Positions 1-9,000 of a DNA stretch of 28,616 nucleotides are shown here, piece by piece. How positions within the stretch are numbered: the first letter of the stretch is position 1; each line of letters opens with the position of its first letter. The translations under genes were made by a program, and so were the position numbers. Below the pieces are notes generated by a model. It was not told where the DNA came from. It ran no database searches and saw only the letters and a program-made list of their open reading frames with translations. This DNA comes from a virus. Its lineage: Duplodnaviria > Caudoviricetes. Location of the stretch: the IMG/VR virus record IMGVR_UViG_3300017780_003752, positions 1 to 28,616 of that record; one strand, written 5' to 3'.

Positions 1-109
1 CTACTGGTATGACAACATTACTCGTTACTAGAACGCCCATTACAGCGTTTAAGAATACGCTCATTACATATAAGAATGTTCGTACTGTGCTTGGTGGATT
101 AAATTTCAT
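1..109 (-). CDS. Putative holin / small membrane protein (3' end runs off the window)
   Basis: Not in ORF track. Hand translation MKFNPPSTVRTFLYVMSVFLNAVMGVLVTSNVVIPV..., hydrophobic, AGGAG RBS upstream, directly after the endolysin. Confidence 0.6.
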   Translation of the reverse strand, partial: MKFNPPSTVRTFLYVMSVFLNAVMGVLVTSNVVIPV

Positions 110-119
110 AATAAACTCC

Positions 120-743
120 TTATTTTTTAGTAAATAGTTGCTTGCCGTTGTATGGCACGAATGCAGTGCTTGCTTGATTGCGCCAATTACGCATCTCAAT
201 CGAAGCTTTCTCGTACCAGAACTCTTTAAATGTTTTAGTTACCCACACATCGTAGTCTGCTTGTGTTGGTAGCTTTCCGTACATGTCTGCCCATGCGTTG
301 TCGATGTCGCCTTTGTTCATCTTTTCCATTTGCACTCCTTTTATATATTTTTCAAAGTCGGTATATACACCGCTCACCAATAGTTCAAAATGTAAATGCG
401 CCCCAGCAGGGCTTTTCGGTAGAACGAAGCCAGTCCAGCCACATGTGCCGACTTGCTGCCCCTGCTCAACTCGCTGTCCATCTTTAACGTATATCTCATC
501 AAGATGACAGTATCGGACTTCTTCGCTGCCGTTTACTATGCAGACTTCGTTGCCCCTGCCAGTCGTAGTGTTGCCTCTAGCGTATACCTTTACAGTGCCG
601 CTTTGAGCTGCTACATAGGGGTGTTGAAACGGTACGGCGTAGTCTGTGCCAGGGTGTCGTGAGTCTGGGTAGTTAGAATAAACAGGGTCGTATATGCCGA
701 ATGGTCTTGTTACAGGAAAGTTACCGACGAAAGGGTATATCAT
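120..743 (-). CDS. Endolysin, M23 family zinc metallopeptidase with C-terminal putative binding domain
   Basis: HxxxD (HPGTD), YCHL and HxH (AHLHFE) motifs of M23 peptidases; AGGAG RBS; flanked by membrane-protein genes. Confidence 0.9.
   Translation of the reverse strand: MIYPFVGNFPVTRPFGIYDPVYSNYPDSRHPGTDYAVPFQHPYVAAQSGTVKVYARGNTTTGRGNEVCIVNGSEEVRYCHLDEIYVKDGQRVEQGQQVGTCGWTGFVLPKSPAGAHLHFELLVSGVYTDFEKYIKGVQMEKMNKGDIDNAWADMYGKLPTQADYDVWVTKTFKEFWYEKASIEMRNWRNQASTAFVPYNGKQLFTKK
327..340 (-). promoter_or_regulatory. Internal in-frame RBS + ATG (M139) within the endolysin gene
   Basis: Minus strand AAGGAG-tgcaa-ATG, in frame, immediately after the end of the M23 domain. Confidence 0.55.
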
Positions 744-752
744 AATGACTCC

Positions 753-854
753 TTATAAGTTATCTACTACTAAACAAAAAAATAACCAAATAATCAAAAA
801 AGCAATCGGATAACCAATTAAAAAGTGTGCAATACGTGAGTGAGACCACTTCAT
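753..854 (-). CDS. 33-aa single-transmembrane peptide in lysis cassette
   Basis: Not in ORF track. MKWSHSRIAHFLIGYPIAFLIIWLFFCLVVDNL*. ATGA overlap with upstream stop; its TAA overlaps the endolysin RBS (TAAGGAG); fills the gap exactly. Confidence 0.55.
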   Translation of the reverse strand: MKWSHSRIAHFLIGYPIAFLIIWLFFCLVVDNL

Positions 855-1135
855 TCAGCATCCTTTTTGGTTTTCTCAGCGAACTTAGCAATTGCTTTGC
901 CAATAGGCTCGCCGCCAGTTAATGCTAGTATTGATACTGCCACAAAATCACTATAAGTAACTCCACCTGTAGCCGTTAAGCCTAAGTAACTAAAGAATAT
1001 ACCGATAGATACTATTTGAAGTGCTGTAAGTGTCTTAGAGTCTCTTGAACGATGCCATAGTGTATAGCCGACAAAGATGCCAAGTGTGAACGAGACGATT
1101 GCTATGATTAGTCGTACTTGATACTCGCTCATCAT
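851..1135 (-). CDS. Putative holin (2-3 transmembrane segments)
   Basis: 94 aa, hydrophobic segments, highly charged C-terminus (KFAEKTKKDAE), AGGAG RBS, upstream of the endolysin. Confidence 0.6.
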   Translation of the reverse strand: MMSEYQVRLIIAIVSFTLGIFVGYTLWHRSRDSKTLTALQIVSIGIFFSYLGLTATGGVTYSDFVAVSILALTGGEPIGKAIAKFAEKTKKDAE

Positions 1136-1141
1136 ATGCTC

Positions 1142-2248
1142 CTAGTAATACTCGTGAACTATTACGATTCCACCACTACCATTACCGCCAGCTTGTTGAG
1201 TACCGCTATCCGCTGTTGCACCACCGCCACCACCAGCTCCGTAGCCTGTAGCATTAGCACCAGCACTTGCGTCACTTGCACCTGCGGCTGACCCTGCTCG
1301 TCCACCCATACCAAGAACTGAGTTGCCACCTGCACTACCAACGCCTGAAGCAGAGGCTGCACGGACTTTATAAGTGCCTGACTGTCCAGTAACATTATAG
1401 TCACCGCTGGCACTAGCACCACCTGCCGCTCCTGGTGTAGTAGCGACTGTTGCGCTAGATGTTCCACCAGCTCCAGCAGAGCCACCTGTTGCAGTTGCAT
1501 GAGTACCAAATGATGAGTTGCCACCTGCTGTTCCGTTGTTGTTACCAGCAGCACCCTGCGCTCCCAAAGCACCGACTGTTATTGTTTCAGTTGCGCCAAG
1601 AGATGCAGCAAGTATTTTCTTAAGAGAATATCCACCACCTCCACCACCAAGACCTTGAGCTGACTGTCCAGCGGCTGCTGTAGCTGCACCCCCCCCACCA
1701 CCACCGCCAGCTTGTACCTCTACGACAACGAACTTAATGCCCGATGGTTTTGCATAACTTATAGTGTTAGCTGCGTTGTTTTGGTCTACACCGTCAATAA
1801 ATATGTCTGGGCTGACAAATGTATAATACTTAGATTGTTTATATAAAGCTCCACCAGAAGCATCTGTTAGTGAAGTAGTAGTAACTGCTCCGTGAGCACC
1901 TGCTTGTGTGTGTTGCTGAAGAATACCCTTGGTGATTGCACCGACGTGTGTACTTGTAACATAGTCTACTACTGTTGCACCTGTTGTGTGTGTAGCGTTT
2001 GAGCCAGTAGTGAAGACTACGTCAGTAATTTGGCTGCCACCAGTGTCCACTACGCCCGTGAAGGCTCGCTCTTTGGCGTTTCCTGGGTCAATAAGTCCTG
2101 TAAAAATAGAAGCGTTTGTAAGTCCAGACACACTGTTTAGCGGTATTTCGGTGTCTACTGAGCTGTCAACTGAGCCACTAGTAGTGGTGACAAATCCCTC
2201 GTTTGGTGTTGGGAAGAAGTTTGTGGTGAGAGAGGTTAGGGTTGGCAT
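1142..2248 (-). CDS. Tail fibre / minor tail protein with C-terminal glycine-rich domain
   Basis: VEVQAGGGGGGGA...GGGGGGYS...GGNSSFG...GGNGSGGIVIVHEY pattern typical of phage glycine-rich fibre domains; position between nozzle and lysis genes. Confidence 0.75.
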   Translation of the reverse strand: MPTLTSLTTNFFPTPNEGFVTTTSGSVDSSVDTEIPLNSVSGLTNASIFTGLIDPGNAKERAFTGVVDTGGSQITDVVFTTGSNATHTTGATVVDYVTSTHVGAITKGILQQHTQAGAHGAVTTTSLTDASGGALYKQSKYYTFVSPDIFIDGVDQNNAANTISYAKPSGIKFVVVEVQAGGGGGGGAATAAAGQSAQGLGGGGGGYSLKKILAASLGATETITVGALGAQGAAGNNNGTAGGNSSFGTHATATGGSAGAGGTSSATVATTPGAAGGASASGDYNVTGQSGTYKVRAASASGVGSAGGNSVLGMGGRAGSAAGASDASAGANATGYGAGGGGGATADSGTQQAGGNGSGGIVIVHEYY

Positions 2249-2295
2249 TTTTGGTTTTCCTTTTGGTTTCTTTCTTTATATTATCATACTATTTT

Positions 2296-3303
2296 TTAAA
2301 CGTCATACTCTAAATAGCTTGCTATTGCTATTTGTGTTGCCGTATTCGCGTTAGTTGCTATTGCTAAAACATCACCAGCGTTTAATACTCCTGGCCCTGC
2401 ATACGTCTGCACTGCTCCGTCGGCTACAGATGCAGAAGTAGTTACCCTAGTAGTAGAACCTACTGCCGAACCGTTAGGGGCTAGATACCAGTTCACAGTT
2501 CTAGCACCGCCAGAACCATTGAAATACTGAGCTTCACCAGTGACAGTGGTTGGTTGTTGGATGCCGTTTGAGCCAGTTAAAATTACTCTTTTACCCGATG
2601 GAACAGTCAATAGCGTATTGTCGCCGTTTGCTAGAGAGAGCAAAGTTGCTCGTTTTACATTTGCATTAGCGTCCCATACCTGAACATTTGCCCAAAATGA
2701 CATACCCGTACCAGTAGTGAGTACGGCAAACTTCTCGCCTGCATTTAGAACTATTCTGAATCTTGAAGCGTTGTTAGCGACAGCGGTGATGGTGTTCGTG
2801 GTAGTTGATGCTGTTATCTTGTAGTATGCTGCTGAAATATATAGTTCTGGTGTCCATGTTATTGAACCAACAGATGAGTTGTATGCAACAAATGAAGTTA
2901 TGATTGCTTGCTTGCCAACAGGTACGGTATATATGTCTATGTCACCCGTGCCAGCGTTTATAACCGAAGCGTTTGTATACTCAAGGTTTGCAAGTTTTAC
3001 AGGTATTGCTCCTGGTGAGATATTTCCGTCCACATAAGCCTTGACGCTTTGCTGGCTAGGGATTTTGGTGGCTGAATTAGAAGTCATGGCGTCTTCGTCT
3101 AAGAACGCTGTTCCCGTTACAGTCCCGTTTAATACTGGGTTTGTCTCATCTACTTTAGCGTCTAAAGCTGTTTGGGCGACGCTAGATACAGGCAACGAGC
3201 CAATGGTAGCTTTACCAGTGGCATCTCCAGTGTTGTCGTATACAGCCAGCAAGTCATCTGTGCTGGGAGCGGCTAATAGGTCTAGTTGTGGTATTCGTGG
3301 CAT
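2296..3303 (-). CDS. Tail fibre / receptor-binding-type structural protein
   Basis: N-terminal RIPQLD..DDLLAVYD..GKATIGSL anchor-like motif; LDEDAMTSNSATKIPSQQSVKAYVD fibre motif; two tandem C-terminal beta-rich repeats (YTVPVGK..VLNAGE / LTVPSGK..VLNAGD). Confidence 0.65.
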   Translation of the reverse strand: MPRIPQLDLLAAPSTDDLLAVYDNTGDATGKATIGSLPVSSVAQTALDAKVDETNPVLNGTVTGTAFLDEDAMTSNSATKIPSQQSVKAYVDGNISPGAIPVKLANLEYTNASVINAGTGDIDIYTVPVGKQAIITSFVAYNSSVGSITWTPELYISAAYYKITASTTTNTITAVANNASRFRIVLNAGEKFAVLTTGTGMSFWANVQVWDANANVKRATLLSLANGDNTLLTVPSGKRVILTGSNGIQQPTTVTGEAQYFNGSGGARTVNWYLAPNGSAVGSTTRVTTSASVADGAVQTYAGPGVLNAGDVLAIATNANTATQIAIASYLEYDV

Positions 3304-3313
3304 AATGTCTCCT

Positions 3314-5371
3314 TTAAGTTAGCAATGGTGCGCCATTGTCATTAGTTATTGTATCTGTACCTGCGGTAGTGGTCGAAGTTAGTCTCCAGCCTCTAGGTTT
3401 GCCAGAGTATGTCTGAGTTCCCCAAGTTTGCAGTGTTCTGGTGAGGAATTTGGCGTCGATTGTGCTGGTAGTAAGTCTCCACTGTACAGCGTTTAGTTCT
3501 CGTTGAACAGTAAAGTATCTCTTGATTGATGACTCTGAGAACAGGTTAGGCACCTCTGATGTGTCGTCCCAAGCGTTTGTGTCCCAGGCGAAAGTATCCC
3601 AGCCTACGTTGGTAACGGTAGGAATAATAGTCTGTGATTTGGTCGATTGGTAGCCTCTAGTACGTTCTATGCCTAGTAGCTCGACATTGAGTATACCCTG
3701 TTGGTTGCTGACTTCAATTTCAGCTTCTTCAGTGAACTCAAACTCAAACCTGTTTCTGTTTACTGGGTGCAGTCCTGTAAGAAGTGAAGTGTTGAACGGC
3801 TCGCTGTAGTCTCCTCTAATGCTGGAGCTAATCTCAGACAGTCTGTTGTCTCCTGGTTTCCAGCATAATAGTTTTGGCGATTTGTTGGTGTCGGTGTATT
3901 TAAGGAACTTCTGGAAACCTATAGTGAATGCTTTTGGAAGCATAGCTCGTCGTTCAGTATCGTAGACGAGGGTTGCGTTGTTAGTAGTAGAGCCGTAGTT
4001 AACAGATAGTAGTATTTTGGCGTCAAAGTAGGTACCGACTATGTTCTCTTCCCCGTCTCGGCTTATACGCTTAATGGTAGGGCGGATGTTGGCGGACACC
4101 TCATCTGTAGAAAGTATATTCTGGATTTGTGGCCTCGTGCCGATATTATAGATAGCTTGAGAGTTATAGAAATAGTAGTCGTTTAGGACGTTTACAATCG
4201 AGCCTGGAGCAGGTGTTCCCCTAGAGCCAGGCAGCTTGTAGGCGCTAGGAATTGAGATAGATATGTCGGCAATAGTAGCTGTCTCAATGCTGACCTGAAT
4301 AATTGCACCCTGTCCGTCTGCGGAATCACACCAAACCGTAGCTAGAGGCGTACCCCTACCATCTCGGTAGTCCTCTGCTTTAAGAGGGAATAGTTTACCA
4401 CCAGGCTGCCAATCAATGTATGTAGCGTCATAGCTAGGAGAGAAAGCGCCAGGCAGCGTACCAGAGCTAATCCAGATGCGGTACTTGTTATGGGTATCCC
4501 GTGTCCCGTACATTCTCGACCCAATACCAGTTAGTTCTTCTACTAGTGGCCCAGTAGTCGTGTTGTCCACAGGTGCTTCGATAGCAGGGTTTGGCAAGTA
4601 GCTTCCGTCATCTACCATAACAGGCCCAGTTGTGGACGTAAGATAATAAAATGGCCCGCTGGTTGAATCGCTAGTGAACCAGTCGTACCTATCAGCACTT
4701 GCTACGGCTGAACCAGTTACTACTATAGAATTAGTTGAGGTGAAGTTGACCCTCTCAGTGTTGACGGCATCGTTTCCTGTACTTATTGGCGATGAATCTG
4801 TAAACCCAACTTCGTTTACTGCTGAGTATTTGTAGTAATAAGTGACTATAGTTGTTCCTGAAGTCAATCCAGCAGCCGCCACTACTCCAGCCGCAGTTGG
4901 TGTTGTGAGAGCTGTATAAGTAGCTAGAGTAGTAGTACCGTCGTATCTAGTTATCTCATCTATTCCGTTTGTTAGGTATAAGTACCCACCGTCTTGTAGC
5001 ATATTGACTTTGGCGGCTGTATCAAGAGTCACCCCAGTACAGACAGTCCAGGTTGTGCCGTCATTTATGGAGCGATAAACTACACCGCCAGCAACCATGA
5101 CAAGGTGCGAGGTACCATCAGATGCTTGGTAATAATCTCCGCCCAAAATAGCTAATCCGTTAGGTGAAACTGCCCCATACCAATCAACTCCTGGTCTTGG
5201 GCCAGCATTTCCGTCTTCATATAGATAGATGTTATCAGCTTCAACTAGAGCGTCTTTAGGTATCTTAGACTGGTCAATAAGGGTAATAACACCTCTCTTA
5301 AACGAGCCTAGCGTTAGGTAGCTTGGTTGAGGGAATTTACCTGATACTTCAGCGTTGACATTTAGAGGCAT
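3314..5371 (-). CDS. Tail nozzle / head-stabilisation protein (P22 gp10 / T7 gp12-like)
   Basis: ~685 aa, beta-rich, N-terminal F.RG..T..D...P..AL..ADN pattern, follows an adaptor-sized gene. Start moved from 5383 to 5371 because of the TAATG coupling with the upstream stop. Confidence 0.7.
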   Translation of the reverse strand: MPLNVNAEVSGKFPQPSYLTLGSFKRGVITLIDQSKIPKDALVEADNIYLYEDGNAGPRPGVDWYGAVSPNGLAILGGDYYQASDGTSHLVMVAGGVVYRSINDGTTWTVCTGVTLDTAAKVNMLQDGGYLYLTNGIDEITRYDGTTTLATYTALTTPTAAGVVAAAGLTSGTTIVTYYYKYSAVNEVGFTDSSPISTGNDAVNTERVNFTSTNSIVVTGSAVASADRYDWFTSDSTSGPFYYLTSTTGPVMVDDGSYLPNPAIEAPVDNTTTGPLVEELTGIGSRMYGTRDTHNKYRIWISSGTLPGAFSPSYDATYIDWQPGGKLFPLKAEDYRDGRGTPLATVWCDSADGQGAIIQVSIETATIADISISIPSAYKLPGSRGTPAPGSIVNVLNDYYFYNSQAIYNIGTRPQIQNILSTDEVSANIRPTIKRISRDGEENIVGTYFDAKILLSVNYGSTTNNATLVYDTERRAMLPKAFTIGFQKFLKYTDTNKSPKLLCWKPGDNRLSEISSSIRGDYSEPFNTSLLTGLHPVNRNRFEFEFTEEAEIEVSNQQGILNVELLGIERTRGYQSTKSQTIIPTVTNVGWDTFAWDTNAWDDTSEVPNLFSESSIKRYFTVQRELNAVQWRLTTSTIDAKFLTRTLQTWGTQTYSGKPRGWRLTSTTTAGTDTITNDNGAPLLT

Positions 5372-6057
5372 TACATCCCCCAATCACTGCCACTAGTGTC
5401 GCTCACCTTCCACGGATTAGCCCATGTGCCAGAGTTATTGTCCTGTTGCATGTTTTTGAGAGCTTCTTCGGCATCTCTAAGGGCTGTGTTCATGTAAGGG
5501 TTTCGTGACGCACGTAGACGAGGGTAGAGCATGTGGTTGACGATAAAGTAAGGATTCGCCATCTCAGTGGTAGAACTGCCTGTAGTGAACTCTGTAGGCT
5601 TCTTGTAATAGACGTAATCAATCAGCAGACCATTAAGGGAGCTTTGTGGTGCTGGATTAAGATTAAGTGTGAATCCTGCTGTTGGGTTGCCAGTAAAATA
5701 GGCGTAGGTGCTGTTGCTGTCTGCAAACTGAGCTTCCTGGGGTTCTATAATAGAGTATTCTTGTACAACCTGTCCTTGAGCGTTTTTAATCCGCACCAAA
5801 CCACCAGCTTCTCTCATAGCAGTTGGGCAAGCATAGGTGCTAGTGCCTGAAGTTATCGTCACTACACCACCTGTAGAGTTTAACTGCGAGGTAGTGAATA
5901 GTTCCTTCCAGTAGGTAGCGTCATAATTCGCCCAACGATTAATTGCAGCGTTAGCGTAGCGCATACCAACAATGTATTCGTCATCAGTAGATGCTGGTAC
6001 TTCTGATTCTGCCCTGTATTGAGTGTAGTAAGCTGTAAAGATGTCATCGTAGTCCAT
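5371..6057 (-). CDS. Head-tail adaptor (tail tubular protein A-like)
   Basis: 228 aa helix-beta-helix layout (YANAAINRW..., ITSGTSTYACP, LNLNPAP, IDYVYYKKP), directly upstream of the nozzle gene. Confidence 0.65.
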   Translation of the reverse strand: MDYDDIFTAYYTQYRAESEVPASTDDEYIVGMRYANAAINRWANYDATYWKELFTTSQLNSTGGVVTITSGTSTYACPTAMREAGGLVRIKNAQGQVVQEYSIIEPQEAQFADSNSTYAYFTGNPTAGFTLNLNPAPQSSLNGLLIDYVYYKKPTEFTTGSSTTEMANPYFIVNHMLYPRLRASRNPYMNTALRDAEEALKNMQQDNNSGTWANPWKVSDTSGSDWGM

Positions 6058-6086
6058 TTTGTTTTTTCCTTTGTATTTCCTTTAAT

Positions 6087-6095
6087 ATCATACCA
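6087..6095 (-). promoter_or_regulatory. Possible extended -10 promoter element (TGgTATGAT) upstream of the adaptor gene
   Basis: TGnTATGAT overlapping the stop of the 1366-aa gene, ~30 nt before the adaptor ATG; no convincing -35. Confidence 0.35.
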
Positions 6096-9000
6096 TTGAT
6101 TTCTTTAATTGTAACTTTGGTCTTGCTCTGCGCTTAACAGACTTCTTGGTACGGATTTCTGGTGCACTAGATTTAATAGCAACCTTTTGTAAGTTACCAG
6201 CTTGAGGGACTTTGGTGTAGGCGGCAGTTGGAGTATCTTTTTTAGAGCCACCTGAGCCGTAACCGCTTCCACCGTAGCCTTTGCCATATTTGAGCTCATT
6301 GAATACTTTGCTCTCGTCTTCTTCATATCCGAAAGTAACATTGTCAAACGTGGTAGCGCTTAGAGGAGGGACTCCCTCTATCTTTCGTTTTGCGTTGTAG
6401 TATTTGAGCTTGTCTAGTTGGTGCTTATCAAATTCCTCACTTAGATTGGTGGTCTTGAACATGTCTTTGGCGGCTTCTAGGTCTGACTGCTTCAAGTTGT
6501 AGTATTGCTGGACAAGTGTCGGCTGTTCTGGCCATTTGACATTACGGTAGTCTTTAGCTCGTTGATTCTCTGTGTCAGGTAGGTCAATAGATTCGTAGAA
6601 TTTGGCGGAATCTTCGTAATACTTAGATTCTGCTTTCTTAAAGTCTCTGTACCACGACTGGGTAGCTTCTAAGATATTGTCCATTTCTATGTCTTCGCCT
6701 GTTGGTTTTGAGCGCAACTCTAGCACCTGTTTCAAATCATCTTTACCGCTTATCTTGAAGATTGGGTCTATTGGCTGGCCCTTCTTCTCTTTCTCTAAGG
6801 CTTGTTGCTTCATAAAATCATACATTCTACCACTGCTGTCACTCTGTACTCTAGTCCATTTTTCAGGAGTGATTTGGTTGCTTATCTTTTTACCAGTGTC
6901 TCGGTCTTTGGTCTTGGGGAATATATCGAAATATAACTGCTCTAAGTCTTTGTTGTTTTTAAGGAAGTTCTGTTCGGCATTTTTAGTAACATCAAAGTAT
7001 TCCGCAATTTCAACACGTTCTTTGCGAGTCTCTGCGTCGTTATTGTCGGCTTTAATACCAACACTCCTTAGTAGTGCCTGTGGAAGTGTACGTTTCTTGC
7101 CAGTAACGGTAGGCTTGTCTCTGAGAGCGCTGTTAATTGAGTCTATTTCGTTTCCCAGAGGAGATAGTGAAGTAGCAAGCGCTTTAGCCCTGTTTTTTAG
7201 CTGTTCGCTCATAGGCAAATCAGTAAACTTCATTTCCTGACCCTGTGAGTCGTATGCCCTATTAGTTGGGTCGCTTACTCTTGAGCCCATGAAGTTCTGG
7301 TCAAAAGCCTGTTCTACAAATGGTCTAAGTGTCATGCTTGTAACAACTTTGGTTGGGTCAAATACATCTTCGCCTAATGAGTTTTTACGAGTTGGTATTT
7401 CTACTGGCAATAGTTGTTCTAAGATAGCTCTACCAGGGTCTACGCCTGGTTCCATTGGAAAGTTAAGCCCCATAGCTCTTGATACGTTTATAGCTGAATC
7501 ACCTACTGGTATGTTAAGTGAGACGTCTGTGTTTGGCCCGCCCATAAGCTCATTTAGCCAAGCTGTCCCTGGTATAAGAGTTTGACCAACAGCACTCTCT
7601 CTAGCTTTACGTTCTTCGTTGCCCTGTTCTTTAACTTTGTCTATCTGCTCTTGTGTAGGGCTTTCTGTTCCTTCGCTTATTAGCTTTTCTTTAGCCTGCT
7701 CGTCTGTAAATGTTTCCCCTGATTCCTGAGAGAGCTTATTCGTGATGTAGGCTAATCCTGCTACTCCTGCCAATATGCGATGTGGCGCTCTAGTGGCATT
7801 GTTCTTGATTATTCTTACCAACTCAGGAGAGAATCTAGCAAACGGCTTACCTAGAACTGGCGTGTCGGCTATTAAGGTAATTACTCGTCCTACGTTGTTG
7901 TAGTCTTGGGTGAATTTGGCGACTTCAATAGCTGCTTTTTGAGGGTCTAAGCCTTGCTTCTGTAGGCGCATCCACAATCCCATTTTTGCAGTATCGTCAA
8001 TGTTGCCGTAGAACTGACCAAACTTCGATAGAACTCTTTTAGGAATGTTCATTTTCTTAGCTTGCATAGCCATCTGTTCTGAGCTTGAGCCTGTAAGTAG
8101 TTTGCCCGTGTCGCCACCGACTACACCTAATTGTCTAGCTTTGAAGACATCAGCGTCAGAGACGCCCTTACTAAGCTTTCTAGCTGCGCCCAGCATATCA
8201 TATACCTGTGTTAGTGGGTTTGTGCCAGCCCCAGGGTTGAATATAAGTGGGTTAGAGGACACGTTACCGATGATAGTACCAGGTGACATAGTCGTTTTAA
8301 AGGCTTTTTGCAGCCTGTCTGAGACGCCTAGTGCAGACCCTTTATAGGAGTTAATTAGCTTGTCAAAAGATTCAGCCATGCTACTTTCAAATATCCTGTT
8401 ACCTGTAAGTTCTTCAAGAATACCTCGCTCAACATACTGACCATCAAACCTGCCATATCTCTTACCGTTCATCTGTATGAAGTTATCGTTAGGCTTAGTC
8501 TTCTTGATAAACCCTCTGCTGGCGTAATCCTGCATAGCTTCTGTTAAGGCTTGATTCCTAAGAGCCATTTCCATTCTTAGATTCATGGCTCTAAATGGGT
8601 CTCTTTCTAAGAGCTCTATAGTTTCATCAACCATTTTAGAAATATCTTTTCTTTTAATCGAGGCATTGGATTCAAACATCGAAGTGAGTGCTTCCCTATT
8701 AAACTTGTCTTCTTGTTTAGGTATGGCAAAGATACGGCCGATATGCTCGCCTTCGGCTCCTTTTGCCCATGTAGCTTCGTCAATAACGCCTGTCTGTAGG
8801 TTTATGTCATTTATAATCTTGTTCTGGGCAGTCTTTACTGCTATTCGGTCTTGTAGCTCTTTTGGTAGTGTAGAAATATCTCTTGGAGCTTCTCCATAGA
8901 CTTTATATGTATAGGCTTCGTCACGCATGACTCTGTCTAGCATGTCTTGAGCTTCAGGGCCATACTTGGCTTGTATATCAGTATCTTTCTTGTTTACACG

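Noticed and set aside
1162-1572. Alternative-frame minus-strand ORFs (also 4342-4524, 6105-6347, 13019-13204, 20852-21043)
   Set aside because: They overlap real genes in another frame and are explained by codon bias or low complexity; no convincing RBS or slippery site noticed.
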